Source: Candidatus Latescibacterota bacterium
GTDB lineage: Bacteria; Latescibacterota; UBA2968; UBA8231
Reading direction: 5' to 3'
Length of the DNA stretch: 64,000 nucleotides
Assembly (NCBI GenBank): GCA_965200315.1
Contig: OZ241362.1
Location: 1,728,001 to 1,792,000, forward strand
The stretch's first letter is position 1. Each line of letters begins with the position of its first letter. Positions 35,925-46,099 of this stretch are shown here, in pieces. The translations under genes and the position numbers were made by a program. The notes under the pieces were generated by a model that saw only the letters and a program-made list of their open reading frames with translations, was not told where the DNA came from and did no database searches.

Positions 35925-37271
35925 GTGTTCAAGAAAATCCTCATTGCCGACCGCGGCGAAATCGCGCTGCGCGTCATCCGCGCCTGCAAGGAAATGGGCA
36001 TCGCGACGGTGGCTGTCCACTCCCAAGCCGACACCTGCTCCTTGCACGTATCGTTTGCCGACGAGGACGTCTGCATCGGGCCGGCGGCTGGCAAAGATAG
36101 CTACCGCAACATCGTCAATATCATCAGCGCCGCCCAACTGACCAACGCCGACGCGATCCACCCCGGCTATGGCCCCTTGGCCGAAAACGCCGACTTCTCC
36201 GAAATCTGCGCCGATTGCGGCATCCAGTTCATCGGCCCGCCGACTGAGGCCATCCGCAAAATGGGCGACAAGGCCGTCGCCCGCCACACCATGCAGGAGG
36301 CCGGCGTACCCGTAGTGCCGGGCAGCGAGGGCGCGCTCCACTCGCTAGACGACGCCCGTCAATGGGCGAAAAAAGTCGGCTTCCCGCTACGGCTTAAGGC
36401 GGCGGCTGGCGGCGGTGGGCGCGGGATGCGAGTCGTCCGCGCAATGGATGAATTGGAGGAAGCTTGGCAGATGGCGCGCCGCGAAGCGCGCACCGCTTTT
36501 ACCAGCGACGCCGTGTACATGGAGCGCTCCATTGAAGAGGCGCGCCACATCGAAATCCAAGTTCTCGGCGACCAGCACGGGCATCTCGTCCACCTCGGCG
36601 AGCGCGAGTGCTCCATTCAGCGACGGCACCAAAAGCTCTTGGAAGAAAGCCCCTCGCCGGTAGTTGACCCCGACTTGCGCCAGCAGCTTGGCGCGTCCGC
36701 CCTCGCCGGAGCCGCCGCGGTCGGCTACTACAGCGCGGGCACCATTGAACTCCTCGTCGATTCAGACCACAACTTCTACTTCATGGAGATGAATACCCGC
36801 ATCCAAGTCGAACATCCGGTTACTGAGATGGTCGCCGGCATCGATTTAGTCGGGGAACAGATTCGCATCGCGGCCGGCGAATCCCTCTGCTTTAGCCAAG
36901 AAGACGTCCAACTCACCGGGCACGCCATTGAATGCCGGATTAACGCCGAGGACCCCACACGCAACTTCATTCCCTCCTCGGGCATCATCGAAGCTCTCCA
37001 CCTGCCGGGCGGCCCCGGCGTCCGCATCGACAGCCACATCTACCAAGGCTATGAGATTCCTCCTTACTACGATTCCCTGCTGGCCAAAATCATCGCCTAC
37101 GGCACCGATCGCCAAAGTGCCATAGCGCGGATGCGTCGCATCTTAGGCGAATGCACAATAGAAGGCGTGGCCACCACCTTGCCCTTTCACCGAACCCTAC
37201 TCACCGAACCCGACTTTATCGCCGGGCAATTCGACACCAACTACGTAGCCAACTCAAAGTGGTCGTCTTAA
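35925..37271 (+). CDS. accC: Biotin carboxylase
   Basis: RGEIALRVIRAC, GGGGRGMR, ERECSIQRRHQK, FMEMNTRIQVEHPVTE. Confidence 0.96.
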   Translation: MFKKILIADRGEIALRVIRACKEMGIATVAVHSQADTCSLHVSFADEDVCIGPAAGKDSYRNIVNIISAAQLTNADAIHPGYGPLAENADFSEICADCGIQFIGPPTEAIRKMGDKAVARHTMQEAGVPVVPGSEGALHSLDDARQWAKKVGFPLRLKAAAGGGGRGMRVVRAMDELEEAWQMARREARTAFTSDAVYMERSIEEARHIEIQVLGDQHGHLVHLGERECSIQRRHQKLLEESPSPVVDPDLRQQLGASALAGAAAVGYYSAGTIELLVDSDHNFYFMEMNTRIQVEHPVTEMVAGIDLVGEQIRIAAGESLCFSQEDVQLTGHAIECRINAEDPTRNFIPSSGIIEALHLPGGPGVRIDSHIYQGYEIPPYYDSLLAKIIAYGTDRQSAIARMRRILGECTIEGVATTLPFHRTLLTEPDFIAGQFDTNYVANSKWSS

Positions 37272-37290
37272 GCAAGCACGAGAGGCAATT

Positions 37291-37683
37291 ATGAACCAGA
37301 CCCAGATTCCCGAGCACTTGATCTACTCGGAAAGCCACGAATGGCTTCAGCTGGAAAGCGACATCGCCACTATCGGCATTACGGATTTCGCGCAAACCGA
37401 GTTGGGCGACATCGTATTCGCCGAGTTGCCCGAGGTGGGCGAACACCTCGAACGAGGCGAGACCTTTGGCACGCTTGAGGCGGTTAAGACCGTTGCCGAC
37501 CTGATCGCCCCGGCTTCCGGCGAGGTGCTTGAAGTCAACGACAGCCTCGCGGAAGAAGCCGAACAGATCAACGAAGACCCTTACGGCGGCGGTTGGCTGC
37601 TCAAAATCCGCATCAACGACTCTGCGGACTTGGAGGACTTGCTCAGCGCCCAAGACTACGCCGACCTGATCGCCGATCATTGA
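37291..37683 (+). CDS. gcvH: Glycine cleavage system H protein
   Basis: HEW, GITDFAQTELGDIVF, EAVK lipoyl Lys, INEDPYGGGW. Confidence 0.96.
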   Translation: MNQTQIPEHLIYSESHEWLQLESDIATIGITDFAQTELGDIVFAELPEVGEHLERGETFGTLEAVKTVADLIAPASGEVLEVNDSLAEEAEQINEDPYGGGWLLKIRINDSADLEDLLSAQDYADLIADH

Positions 37684-37811
37684 CCTTGCATTTGTTCACT
37701 ATAAGTGCGCTTTTAAGGAATGTGTATTGTATCATGGGAAGCTGGATAATAAATCCAATCCCGAGTATTGGAACATGCCAAAAGTAGCTTAAATTTAATT
37801 AGCTCTACCCT

Positions 37812-38327
37812 GTGAATAGACTCTTGTTGGAAAGAACTGTACTCGTCCTCAATCAAAACTACGAGCCCTTGAGCGTATGCAGCGTGCGCCGGGCCTTACT
37901 GCTGATTTTGCGCGGCAAGGCCGAAGCCGTCGAGAAGATGAATGAGGTAATCCATGCGGTCTCCCAAGAGTATCCGGTGCCCAGCGTCGTCCGTCTAGGG
38001 CGCTACATCCGCGCACCGCGCCGACGAGTCGTGCTGTCCAAGCGCAACATCCTCAAGCGCGACAACCACCAGTGCCAGTACTGCGGCAGCAAAGACGGTA
38101 AGCTAACGGTCGATCACATTGTGCCGCGCACCAAAGGAGGCCAAGGGACTTGGGAAAACCTCGTCTGCGCCTGCGCCCTGTGCAACAACAAGAAAGGCGA
38201 ATACCGGCCCGAGCAGGTCGGCCTCGTGCTGCGCAGCAAACCCAAGCGCCCCAATAACGTGAGCTTCATCCGCAATTTCGTCGGCATCGACGATCAGCGC
38301 TGGAAACCCTATCTTTTTATCGACTAA
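37812..38327 (+). CDS. HNH endonuclease
   Basis: LVLNQNYEPL, RDNHQCQYCG, TVDHIVP, WENLVCACALCNNKK. Confidence 0.93.
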   Translation: MNRLLLERTVLVLNQNYEPLSVCSVRRALLLILRGKAEAVEKMNEVIHAVSQEYPVPSVVRLGRYIRAPRRRVVLSKRNILKRDNHQCQYCGSKDGKLTVDHIVPRTKGGQGTWENLVCACALCNNKKGEYRPEQVGLVLRSKPKRPNNVSFIRNFVGIDDQRWKPYLFID

Positions 38328-38340
38328 GGCAGGCGCTCTC

Positions 38341-39153
38341 ATGGAACGCGACGCAATCGAACAGGAAGAAGCGGCTCTCTACGAAGTCAAGCTCGACGTC
38401 TTTGAAGGTCCGATGGACCTGTTGCTCTATCTGATACGCAAAGACGAGTTAGACATCTACGACATTCCCATCGCCCACATCACCACCCAGTACTTGGGCT
38501 TCTTGCAACACATCCACCAACTCGACATTGAACAGGCCAGCGACTTCATCCTCATGGCCGCCACCCTACTGAGGATCAAGTCGCAGATGATGTTGCCCCG
38601 CGAAGAACTTGGTCTCGACAGCGAGGGCGAGGGCGAGGCGGATCCACAGGCCGATCTGATCCGCCGCCTGCTAGAGTATCAGCAGTTTAAGGACATTGCC
38701 GACTGGCTCGGCGTGCGTAAAGACGAGCGGCGCGATGTGTACCTGCGCCGCCAAGGGCCTAGCGATGGCGTCGAGGAGTCGGCCCAGCTACGGCCTATAT
38801 CCCTCTTCGACCTCTTGGTCGTGTACAAGCACGTGCTCGACACGGTGCCCGAAAACTTGGTCCACCAAATCGTCGACGAAGAAGTCTCGGTCGCCGAGTG
38901 CATCAACTACCTGTTGGCAGTGCTTGAGCGCAACTCGCGCATCAACTTCATGGACTTGCTCCAAGGCCGCGACCGCCAAGCCCTAATCGCCACCTTCGTC
39001 GGGGTTCTAGAACTGCTCAAGACGCAGCGCGTCCGCGTGCAGCAGGCGCGGCCCTTCGACGAGATCTGGATCGAGCAATCGCCACCCCAACCTTCGGCTG
39101 AGCTCAGGTCGAAGCCAACCGCAGCGGGGGCTGTGCAGACCCGTGAGTCATGA
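38341..39153 (+). CDS. scpA: Segregation and condensation protein A
   Basis: FEGPMDLLLYLI, DIYDIPIA, MAATLLRIKS. Confidence 0.95.
   Translation: MERDAIEQEEAALYEVKLDVFEGPMDLLLYLIRKDELDIYDIPIAHITTQYLGFLQHIHQLDIEQASDFILMAATLLRIKSQMMLPREELGLDSEGEGEADPQADLIRRLLEYQQFKDIADWLGVRKDERRDVYLRRQGPSDGVEESAQLRPISLFDLLVVYKHVLDTVPENLVHQIVDEEVSVAECINYLLAVLERNSRINFMDLLQGRDRQALIATFVGVLELLKTQRVRVQQARPFDEIWIEQSPPQPSAELRSKPTAAGAVQTRES
39091..39116 (+). repeat. 22-bp palindromic mini-element, copy 2 (within scpA tail)
   Basis: CC-TTCGGCTGAGCTCAGGTCGAAG-CC; read as PSAELRSKP. Confidence 0.92.
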
Positions 39154-39799
39154 ATCCACAGCGGCCTCGCGCGACGTCAACCCTGCGCGGGCGCGGGCTA
39201 TCATTGAGGCCATCCTGCTAACCGCAACCGAGCCGGTAACCCCAGGTCGCCTCGTCGATCTGCTCGCCGGGTACAACGGCCGCGATATCCGCGAGGCCAT
39301 CGACGCGCTCAACGCCCAGTACGAAGCGGCCGGGCACGGAATCGAAGTCGTCGAATTGGCCGGCGGCTATCAACTCGCCTCGCGCCAGCAATGCGGCCCT
39401 TGGCTGCGCAAGTACCACAAGACCTCGCGCCAAGTCCGCCTCACGCCAGCGGGCCTCGAAGTCCTCTCCATCGTCGCCTTCAAGCAGCCAGTGACCCGCG
39501 TCGAGATCGACAACATCCGCGGCGTTAGTTCGGCCAGCGTGTTGCAAACGCTGATGGAACTCAACATGGTCCGCCTCGCTGGCCGCTCCGAGGGCATTGG
39601 CAAACCCATGCTCTTTGGCACGACCCGAGAATTTTTGGTTCACTTTGGGCTGCGGGGGCTGGGCGAATTGCCCAAGCCCAAGGAATTAGCAGAGCTGCTC
39701 GCCGAGGGCCAGCAGCCCACTGCCGCCCGCCAACTCGCCTCCGAGTTGAATGAGTTGCAAAAGCAGGCCGAGGAAGGGGGCGCAAGTGAACGCTCCTGA
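39143..39799 (+). CDS. scpB: Segregation and condensation protein B
   Basis: IIEAILL, AGGYQL, QPVTRVEIDNIRGV, GKPMLFGTT. Confidence 0.95.
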   Translation: MSHESTAASRDVNPARARAIIEAILLTATEPVTPGRLVDLLAGYNGRDIREAIDALNAQYEAAGHGIEVVELAGGYQLASRQQCGPWLRKYHKTSRQVRLTPAGLEVLSIVAFKQPVTRVEIDNIRGVSSASVLQTLMELNMVRLAGRSEGIGKPMLFGTTREFLVHFGLRGLGELPKPKELAELLAEGQQPTAARQLASELNELQKQAEEGGASERS

Positions 39800-40535
39800 G
39801 CCGCAAATGCGCCTCAACCGGTTCTTGGCTCGCTGCGGAGTGGCCTCGCGCCGCCACAGCGATGCGCTGATCCAAAGCGGTGCCGTGCGCGTCAACGGCG
39901 AGGTCGTCGCCGAGCCGGGGCGAGTGGTCGCAGTGAGAGCCGACCGAGTAGAGTGCCACGGCCGGGTCCTCATCCTGCCCGGCCAGTACGAATACGTGCT
40001 TTTGCACAAGCCGGCCGGATATCTAGTCACCCGCACCGACCCACGCGACCGTCCCACGGTTTTCGACCTTTTGCCCGACCTCCACCCAGGCACCGTACCC
40101 GTCGGTCGTCTCGACCTCGACACCACCGGGCTTTTGCTGCTGACCGACGACGGTGCCCTCGGCCATCGGCTGCTGCACCCGCGCTTCGTCGTCACCAAGC
40201 GCTACGAGGCCATCGTCAGCGGCGACCCGCACGAAGCCCAACTCGACCGGCTGCGCGCAGGCATCGCACTCGGCGACGGCCCCACAGCACCGGCTCAGGT
40301 GCAAGTCGAGGAGCGCTGGACCCGTGGTTGGATCAAGCAAGCGCGGCTGAGCCTTTGCATTCACGAGGGGCGCAAGCGTCAAGTCCGCCGCATGCTCCGC
40401 GCCGTCGGCTACCCAGTGCGGCAATTGACGCGGGTCGAATTTGCCGGGCTGACCCTCGGCCCACTCGCCGCCGGCCAGCACCGCCGCCTCAGCCTCGGGG
40501 AAGTTCGCCGTCTCAAAACCGAGGTTGGCTTGTGA
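39786..40535 (+). CDS. rluB: RsuA/RluB family pseudouridine synthase
   Basis: MRLNRFLARCGVASRR S4 domain, VGRLDLDTTGLLLLTDDG, EGRKRQVRRM. Start 39786 (GTG) or 39807. Confidence 0.9.
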   Translation: MNAPEPQMRLNRFLARCGVASRRHSDALIQSGAVRVNGEVVAEPGRVVAVRADRVECHGRVLILPGQYEYVLLHKPAGYLVTRTDPRDRPTVFDLLPDLHPGTVPVGRLDLDTTGLLLLTDDGALGHRLLHPRFVVTKRYEAIVSGDPHEAQLDRLRAGIALGDGPTAPAQVQVEERWTRGWIKQARLSLCIHEGRKRQVRRMLRAVGYPVRQLTRVEFAGLTLGPLAAGQHRRLSLGEVRRLKTEVGL

Positions 40536-41203
40536 AACGGCGCGGGCTAGTCATCGCCATTGACGGCACGGTCGGCACCGGCAAGACCACTACGGCGCGG
40601 CGGGTAGCTGAGCGGTTGGGCTATCGCCACCTCGACACCGGAGCCATGTACCGGGCCGTGGCCTTAGCGGCGACCCGTCGCGGGGTAGCCCCCGAGGACG
40701 AGGACGCGCTGAAGGTCCTATTGGCGACCGCGACCATAGACTTGGACTCTGGCTGGGGGCGCGTTCTTCTCGACGGACAGGACATCAGCGAGGCCATTCG
40801 CCAGCCCGACATCACCCGCCGAGCGGGTGCATACGCAAATGTGCCCTTGGTCCGCCACTCCTTGGTCGCCCAGCAGCAGCAGTTGGGGCGGGAAGGCGGC
40901 GTAGTCGCCGAAGGGCGCGACACAGCCGCGGTGGTCTTTCCCGCTGCCGAGCTAAAAATCGCCTTGGTCGCCGACCTCGATGAGCGCACCCGGCGGCGGC
41001 ATCGGGAGTTGACCACCAAAGGAGTGTGTATCACATTGGAACAAGTCCGCTCCGATATCCAAACTCGAGACCGGCAAGACGCCGAGCGCGACTACGGAGG
41101 TACGAGCGCAGCGGCCGAGATCGTCGAGATCGACACGACTCGCATGACTTTGGAAGCCCAAGTCGATTGCGTCGTCGCATTGGCCCGCCAACGCGGTGCC
41201 TAA
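40532..41203 (+). CDS. cmk: Cytidylate kinase
   Basis: IAIDGTVGTGKTT, LDTGAMYR, VAEGRD; directly upstream of rpsA. Confidence 0.94.
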   Translation: MKRRGLVIAIDGTVGTGKTTTARRVAERLGYRHLDTGAMYRAVALAATRRGVAPEDEDALKVLLATATIDLDSGWGRVLLDGQDISEAIRQPDITRRAGAYANVPLVRHSLVAQQQQLGREGGVVAEGRDTAAVVFPAAELKIALVADLDERTRRRHRELTTKGVCITLEQVRSDIQTRDRQDAERDYGGTSAAAEIVEIDTTRMTLEAQVDCVVALARQRGA

Positions 41204-41284
41204 CTCTGGTGCGGAAAGCCCGCGCCAGTATTACACTACGCGAAGTGCGCGCTTCGCCTTAACCTTTTTGAGGATCTGCGCAAC

Positions 41285-43078
41285 ATGACTGAAGAAACCA
41301 CAGTAACAGAAGAGCCGCAGGAAACTCCTGTGTACGGCAACGTCAGCGTCGAAGAGCTGGAAAAGCCCGAGTACGATCAGGCCCAACTCGACGAATTCAT
41401 GGCCCTCTACGAAGAGAGCATCTCCGGCATCAAAGAGGGCCAGATAGTCAAGGGCACGGTCGTCTCCATCGGCCCCAGCGAGGTGATGGTCGATATCGGC
41501 TTCAAGTCCGAAGGCGCAGTGCCGATCAAAGAGTTTTCCGACCCCGAGTCCATTGAGCAAGGCCAAGAAATCGAAGTCTTCTTAGAGGACGTCGAAGACC
41601 AAGAGGGCCAAGTCGTGCTCTCCAAGCAAAAGGCCGACTTCATGCGGGTCTGGGATTTGATCAAGGATGCACACGACACCGGCAACACGGTCGAAGGCCG
41701 GCTGATGCGGCGCATCAAGGGCGGCATCGTCGTCAACCTCTTTGGCGTCGAGGCCTTCCTGCCCGGCTCGCAGATCGACATCCGCCAAGTCAAAAACTTC
41801 GACCAGTTCATCGGCCACCAGTTTCCCTTCAAAATCATCAAGCTCAACAAGGCGCGGCGCAACATCGTCGTCTCACGCCGCGCCGTGCTAGAAGAAGAGC
41901 GTGCGCGGATGCGCGAGCAGATCGTCAAGGTGTTGGAGGAAGGCCAAATCCGCGAGGGCGTCGTCAAGAACATCACCGACTTTGGCGCTTTCATCGACTT
42001 GGGCGGCGTCGATGGCCTGCTCCACATCACCGACATGTCATGGGGGCGCGTCAGCCACCCCTCGGAGTTGGTCTCTATCGGCGACCGCATCAAGGTCAAG
42101 GTGCTCAGCTACGACCGCCAGCGCGAGCGCATCTCCTTGGGGCTGAAGCAGCTAACTGCCCATCCGTGGGAGAACATCGAGAAGAAGTACCCGATTGAGA
42201 GCCAAGTGCGCGGCAAGGTGGTCTCCATCACCGACTACGGCGCCTTCGTCGAGTTGGAGGAAGGCATTGAGGGCCTAGTCCACATCTCTGAGATGTCCTG
42301 GACCCAGCACGTCCGCCACCCTTCCAAGCTGGTCAACATCGGCGACATCGTCGAAGTGAAGGTGCTCAAGATCGACAGCGAGAGCCAGAAGATCTCACTT
42401 GGCATGAAGCAAACCGAGGACGATCCGTGGGATACGCTCGACACTAAGTATCCCCTTGGCACCAAGCTCGAGGGCACGGTATGCAGCCTGACCAACTTCG
42501 GTGCCTTCGTCGAGATCGAGGCAAACATTGACGGGCTCGTACACATTTCGGATATGTCTTGGACCAAACGCATTCGCCAAGCCAGCGAAATGTTCAAAAA
42601 GGGCGACGTGATCCCCGTGGTCGTCACCGAAATCGACATCAAGCGCCGTCGCATCTCGCTCAGCCACAAGGATGCCTTTGAAAACCCCTGGCCTCGCTTT
42701 GCCGAGCAATACGCCGTAGGCGTCGAGGTGCGAGGTGCGATCTCGCGCATTCTCGAGCGCGGCGCGGTCGTCTCACTCGTCGACGAAGTCGATGGGTTCG
42801 TGCCGCTGTCACATTTGGCCATCGACGGGTTGCAAACCCCGCGCCAGAGCTTTACCGAAGGGCGGGAACTCCCGCTAGAGGTCATCGAATTCGACAAGAA
42901 CCAGAAAAAGATCGTCCTCAGTGTGCGCGAGTACTTCAAGGACAAGGATCAAGCCGAATACGAAGCCTACTTAGCCGAGCATCCCGTCCAAGAGATCGCC
43001 GCCGAAGTCGCCGCCGACAAGGACGACGAGATGGAAAGCTGGGGAGACTCCCACGCCGGCCAGCAAGACGAGTCGTAA
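41285..43078 (+). CDS. rpsA: 30S ribosomal protein S1
   Basis: Six S1 repeats ([27 protein letters not shown] etc.). Confidence 0.98.
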   Translation: MTEETTVTEEPQETPVYGNVSVEELEKPEYDQAQLDEFMALYEESISGIKEGQIVKGTVVSIGPSEVMVDIGFKSEGAVPIKEFSDPESIEQGQEIEVFLEDVEDQEGQVVLSKQKADFMRVWDLIKDAHDTGNTVEGRLMRRIKGGIVVNLFGVEAFLPGSQIDIRQVKNFDQFIGHQFPFKIIKLNKARRNIVVSRRAVLEEERARMREQIVKVLEEGQIREGVVKNITDFGAFIDLGGVDGLLHITDMSWGRVSHPSELVSIGDRIKVKVLSYDRQRERISLGLKQLTAHPWENIEKKYPIESQVRGKVVSITDYGAFVELEEGIEGLVHISEMSWTQHVRHPSKLVNIGDIVEVKVLKIDSESQKISLGMKQTEDDPWDTLDTKYPLGTKLEGTVCSLTNFGAFVEIEANIDGLVHISDMSWTKRIRQASEMFKKGDVIPVVVTEIDIKRRRISLSHKDAFENPWPRFAEQYAVGVEVRGAISRILERGAVVSLVDEVDGFVPLSHLAIDGLQTPRQSFTEGRELPLEVIEFDKNQKKIVLSVREYFKDKDQAEYEAYLAEHPVQEIAAEVAADKDDEMESWGDSHAGQQDES

Positions 43079-43097
43079 GCCCCGCAACAACAATCAA

Positions 43098-43138
43098 GCG
43101 CGGTGGGACGAACAATCGTTCCACCGCGTTTTTGTTTT
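43098..43138 (+). terminator. Rho-independent terminator after rpsA
   Basis: GCGCGGTGGGACGA-acaa-TCGTTCCACCGCGT followed by TTTTGTTTT. Confidence 0.85.
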
Positions 43139-43169
43139 GCCAACCCCAACCCACGAACCCATCCAAATC

Positions 43170-45815
43170 ATGTCATCGAGAGCCAAACTCACGCCGGGCA
43201 GTAAGCTCACGCCGGCGATGGAGCAGTACATGCACTTTAAGCGTCAGCACCCCGACGCGATTCTCTTCTTCCGCATGGGCGACTTCTACGAGATGTTCTA
43301 CGACGACGCCAAAGAGGCCGCCCAGCTTTTGGGCCTCACCTTGACGGCACGCAATCACGGCAAGGCTTCCGGCGAGGTGCCCTTAGCTGGCGTGCCCCAT
43401 CACGCCATGGAAGGCTATCTGGCCAAACTCATCCAGCTCGGGCGCAAGGTCGCCATCTGCGAGCAAATCGAAGATCCGAAAAAGGCCAAGGGCGTCGTCA
43501 AGCGCGACGTAGTTGAAGTCGTCTCCCCAGGCACCGCGCTTTCCGACGCCATGCTCGATCAGCAGCGCAACAACTTCCTCGTCGGTCTCTGTGCGCATAC
43601 CGACCACGTCGGCCTCGCCAGCGTCGATTTGTCAACCGGAGACTTTGCGCTCGACGAGATTCCCCAAGGAGACCTCGCCGACGAGTTGGAGAGCTTAGGG
43701 CCAGCCGAACTGCTCATCGCCGAAGGAGCCGACGAACAGTGGGTCTCCGCCCTGCAAAACGCCCTACCGCGCGTGGCGCTCAGCCGCCTCGCGGACTGGC
43801 ACTTCGCCGCCGATACCGCGTATGAAACCCTCACCAGCCAACTCCGCGTCCAGACTCTGAAGGGCTTTGGCTGCGAGGACATGAAAGCCGCCATCCGCGC
43901 TGGCGGAGCAACGGTGGCCTATTTGCGCGAAAACCAGCGCGGCGCAGTCGAGCACATCAACCGCCTCCAGCGCAAGTACCGAGAGCACTTTGCCCTCATC
44001 GACGCCACGGCCCAGCGCAACCTAGAGCTGCTCGTCAATCGCCAAGATGGGGGCCGCGCCAACACCTTACTCGAAATCCTCGACCGCACCCGAACCCCCA
44101 TGGGCGCGCGTCTGTTGCGCCAATGGGTGGCCCAGCCGCTCAAGTCCCCGCCCTTAATTATCGCCCGCTTAGAGGCCGTTGACGAGCTGCGACGCCAGCG
44201 CAAGATCCGCCGCACCCTCGGCCAATGCCTAGAACAGGTCGGCGACCTAGAGAGACTGATTGCGCGGATTTGCTGCCTGCGGGCCAATGCCCGCGACATG
44301 GTGGCCCTCGCCCGCTCGCTCAACGTCGCGCCCGCCATTGGCACCGCGCTATCCACCGCGCAGAGTGCGCTCCTGCAGGAGCTATGCTCTAAGGGACTGC
44401 CCGACGTCAGCGAATTGATCGCCGAAATCCTCGACTCACTGGTTGACGCACCTCCGGCAACCCTGACCGAAGGCGGCCTAATCCGCGACGGCTATCACCC
44501 GGACATCGATCAATTGCGGCAGATCGCCCGCGGCGGCAAGGACTACATCGCCCGCTTGCAGGCCACCGAGCGCGAGCGCACTGGCATTGCCTCGCTCAAG
44601 ATCGGCTACAACCAAGTCTTTGGCTACTACATCGAAATCAGCAAGGTCAACCTCGACAAAACCCCCGCCGAGTACCATCGCAAACAAACCTTGGTCAATG
44701 CCGAGCGCTTCATCACGCCCGAGCTAAAGGAGTACGAAGAAAAAGTCCTCGGGGCCGAGGAGCGCCTCAAAGAGCTGGAAAACGAGTTGTTCCTAGCCCT
44801 GCGCGACCGCGCCGCCCATTGGACACCCCAAGTCCAGCAAATTGCCCGCGCCATCGCGCGCATCGACGTGCTGTATTCTCTCGCCGAAGTCGCCGAGAGC
44901 GAATCCTACACCCGGCCCCAAGTTGACGACGGTCAGCTAATCAAAATCCGCGATGGCCGCCACCCAGTCGTCGAGCGCCAACTCCGCACGGGCAGCTTCG
45001 TGCCCAACGACGTGCGCCTCGACGCCGACGGGGCGCAGATCATGCTCATCACCGGCCCGAATATGGCCGGCAAGAGCACCATCATCCGCCAAGTGGGTCT
45101 CATTGCGCTGATGGCGCAGATGGGCAGCTTCGTCCCTGCGCGCCAAGCTACCATCGGCGTCGTCGATCGCATCTTCACCCGCGTAGGCGCATCCGACAAT
45201 CTCGCCGGTGGCGAAAGCACCTTTATGGTAGAGATGCACGAGGCCGCCAACATCCTCAACAACGCCACCAGCCGCAGCTTGCTGCTCATCGACGAGCTTG
45301 GCCGCGGCACGAGCACCTTCGACGGCCTGAGCATTGCCTGGGCCATTGTCGAATACTTGCACCAGCACCACGAGCTCCATCCGCGCACCCTTTTTGCCAC
45401 GCACTATCACGAGATGACCGAACTCGAAAGCCACTTAGAGCGCGTCGTCAACTTCAATGTGCAGGTGCGCGAAGAAGGCGACCGCGTGGTGTTCCTCCAC
45501 CGCCTCGCACCAGGGTCTGCCGACCAAAGCTACGGCATCAACGTCGCACAGATGGCCGGGATGCCGGCCCAAGTCGTCGCACGCGCCCAAGAAATTCTCG
45601 CCCGCCTCGAAAAAGACCAGATCGACACCAAGGACATCCATCACGTCCGCGAAACAGCTCCGTCCCCCCAGCAGCAACTTTCCCTTTTCTCCACCGCGTC
45701 TGCGGACGCGCCGTGGGTGGCGGAGCTGCGCGACATGGACCTCGGCCAGATTACGCCGCTTCAGGCGTTGCTCAAGCTGAATGAGTGGAAAGAGAAAATT
45801 AAGACGGAGGAATGA
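43170..45815 (+). CDS. mutS: DNA mismatch repair protein MutS
   Basis: [38 protein letters not shown]. Confidence 0.98.
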   Translation: MSSRAKLTPGSKLTPAMEQYMHFKRQHPDAILFFRMGDFYEMFYDDAKEAAQLLGLTLTARNHGKASGEVPLAGVPHHAMEGYLAKLIQLGRKVAICEQIEDPKKAKGVVKRDVVEVVSPGTALSDAMLDQQRNNFLVGLCAHTDHVGLASVDLSTGDFALDEIPQGDLADELESLGPAELLIAEGADEQWVSALQNALPRVALSRLADWHFAADTAYETLTSQLRVQTLKGFGCEDMKAAIRAGGATVAYLRENQRGAVEHINRLQRKYREHFALIDATAQRNLELLVNRQDGGRANTLLEILDRTRTPMGARLLRQWVAQPLKSPPLIIARLEAVDELRRQRKIRRTLGQCLEQVGDLERLIARICCLRANARDMVALARSLNVAPAIGTALSTAQSALLQELCSKGLPDVSELIAEILDSLVDAPPATLTEGGLIRDGYHPDIDQLRQIARGGKDYIARLQATERERTGIASLKIGYNQVFGYYIEISKVNLDKTPAEYHRKQTLVNAERFITPELKEYEEKVLGAEERLKELENELFLALRDRAAHWTPQVQQIARAIARIDVLYSLAEVAESESYTRPQVDDGQLIKIRDGRHPVVERQLRTGSFVPNDVRLDADGAQIMLITGPNMAGKSTIIRQVGLIALMAQMGSFVPARQATIGVVDRIFTRVGASDNLAGGESTFMVEMHEAANILNNATSRSLLLIDELGRGTSTFDGLSIAWAIVEYLHQHHELHPRTLFATHYHEMTELESHLERVVNFNVQVREEGDRVVFLHRLAPGSADQSYGINVAQMAGMPAQVVARAQEILARLEKDQIDTKDIHHVRETAPSPQQQLSLFSTASADAPWVAELRDMDLGQITPLQALLKLNEWKEKIKTEE

Positions 45816-45826
45816 GGTTGAATTAG

Positions 45827-46042
45827 AAAACAATCGGCGACAGCGCGTTAAGGATAGTCGCCGAACGAAAAGAAATCGAAGTCCACGGCGTTTTATGGGT
45901 AACGGATGAACTGGAATCGCACGGGATCGTACCCCCGCGTAAATTGTACGATGTGCGACGGCTGCTGCACGATGCCCCTCTGGTATTTCTGCCGGATAAC
46001 GAAGTCCAGCACCGCATAAGGCCCCTAGCGAGGCTTTTTTAG
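45827..46042 (+). pseudogene. C-terminal fragment of a PIN-domain (VapC/DUF3368-like) toxin
   Basis: Start-less open stretch, absent from the ORF track: GDSALRIVAERKEIEVHGVLWVTDELESHG...; in-frame TAG at 45824. Confidence 0.65.
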
Positions 46043-46099
46043 GAAAATTTACAATTAGCCGATCTCAGAGATCCGGTTATACCTGCGCCTAGCCACTCC

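Noticed and set aside
37812-38327. HNH gene as a mobile homing endonuclease
   Set aside because: Belongs to a common stand-alone HNH type, is intact with core-like codon usage, and has no intron or flanking repeats.
41407-42945. Long antisense ORFs opposite rpsA (and similar ones opposite other genes)
   Set aside because: Typical shadow ORFs of GC-rich coding sequence, with no motifs or RBS.
45790-46058. Duplicated mutS 3' end (GAAAATT) flanking the PIN fragment
   Set aside because: The match is only about 7 nt, within chance expectation.
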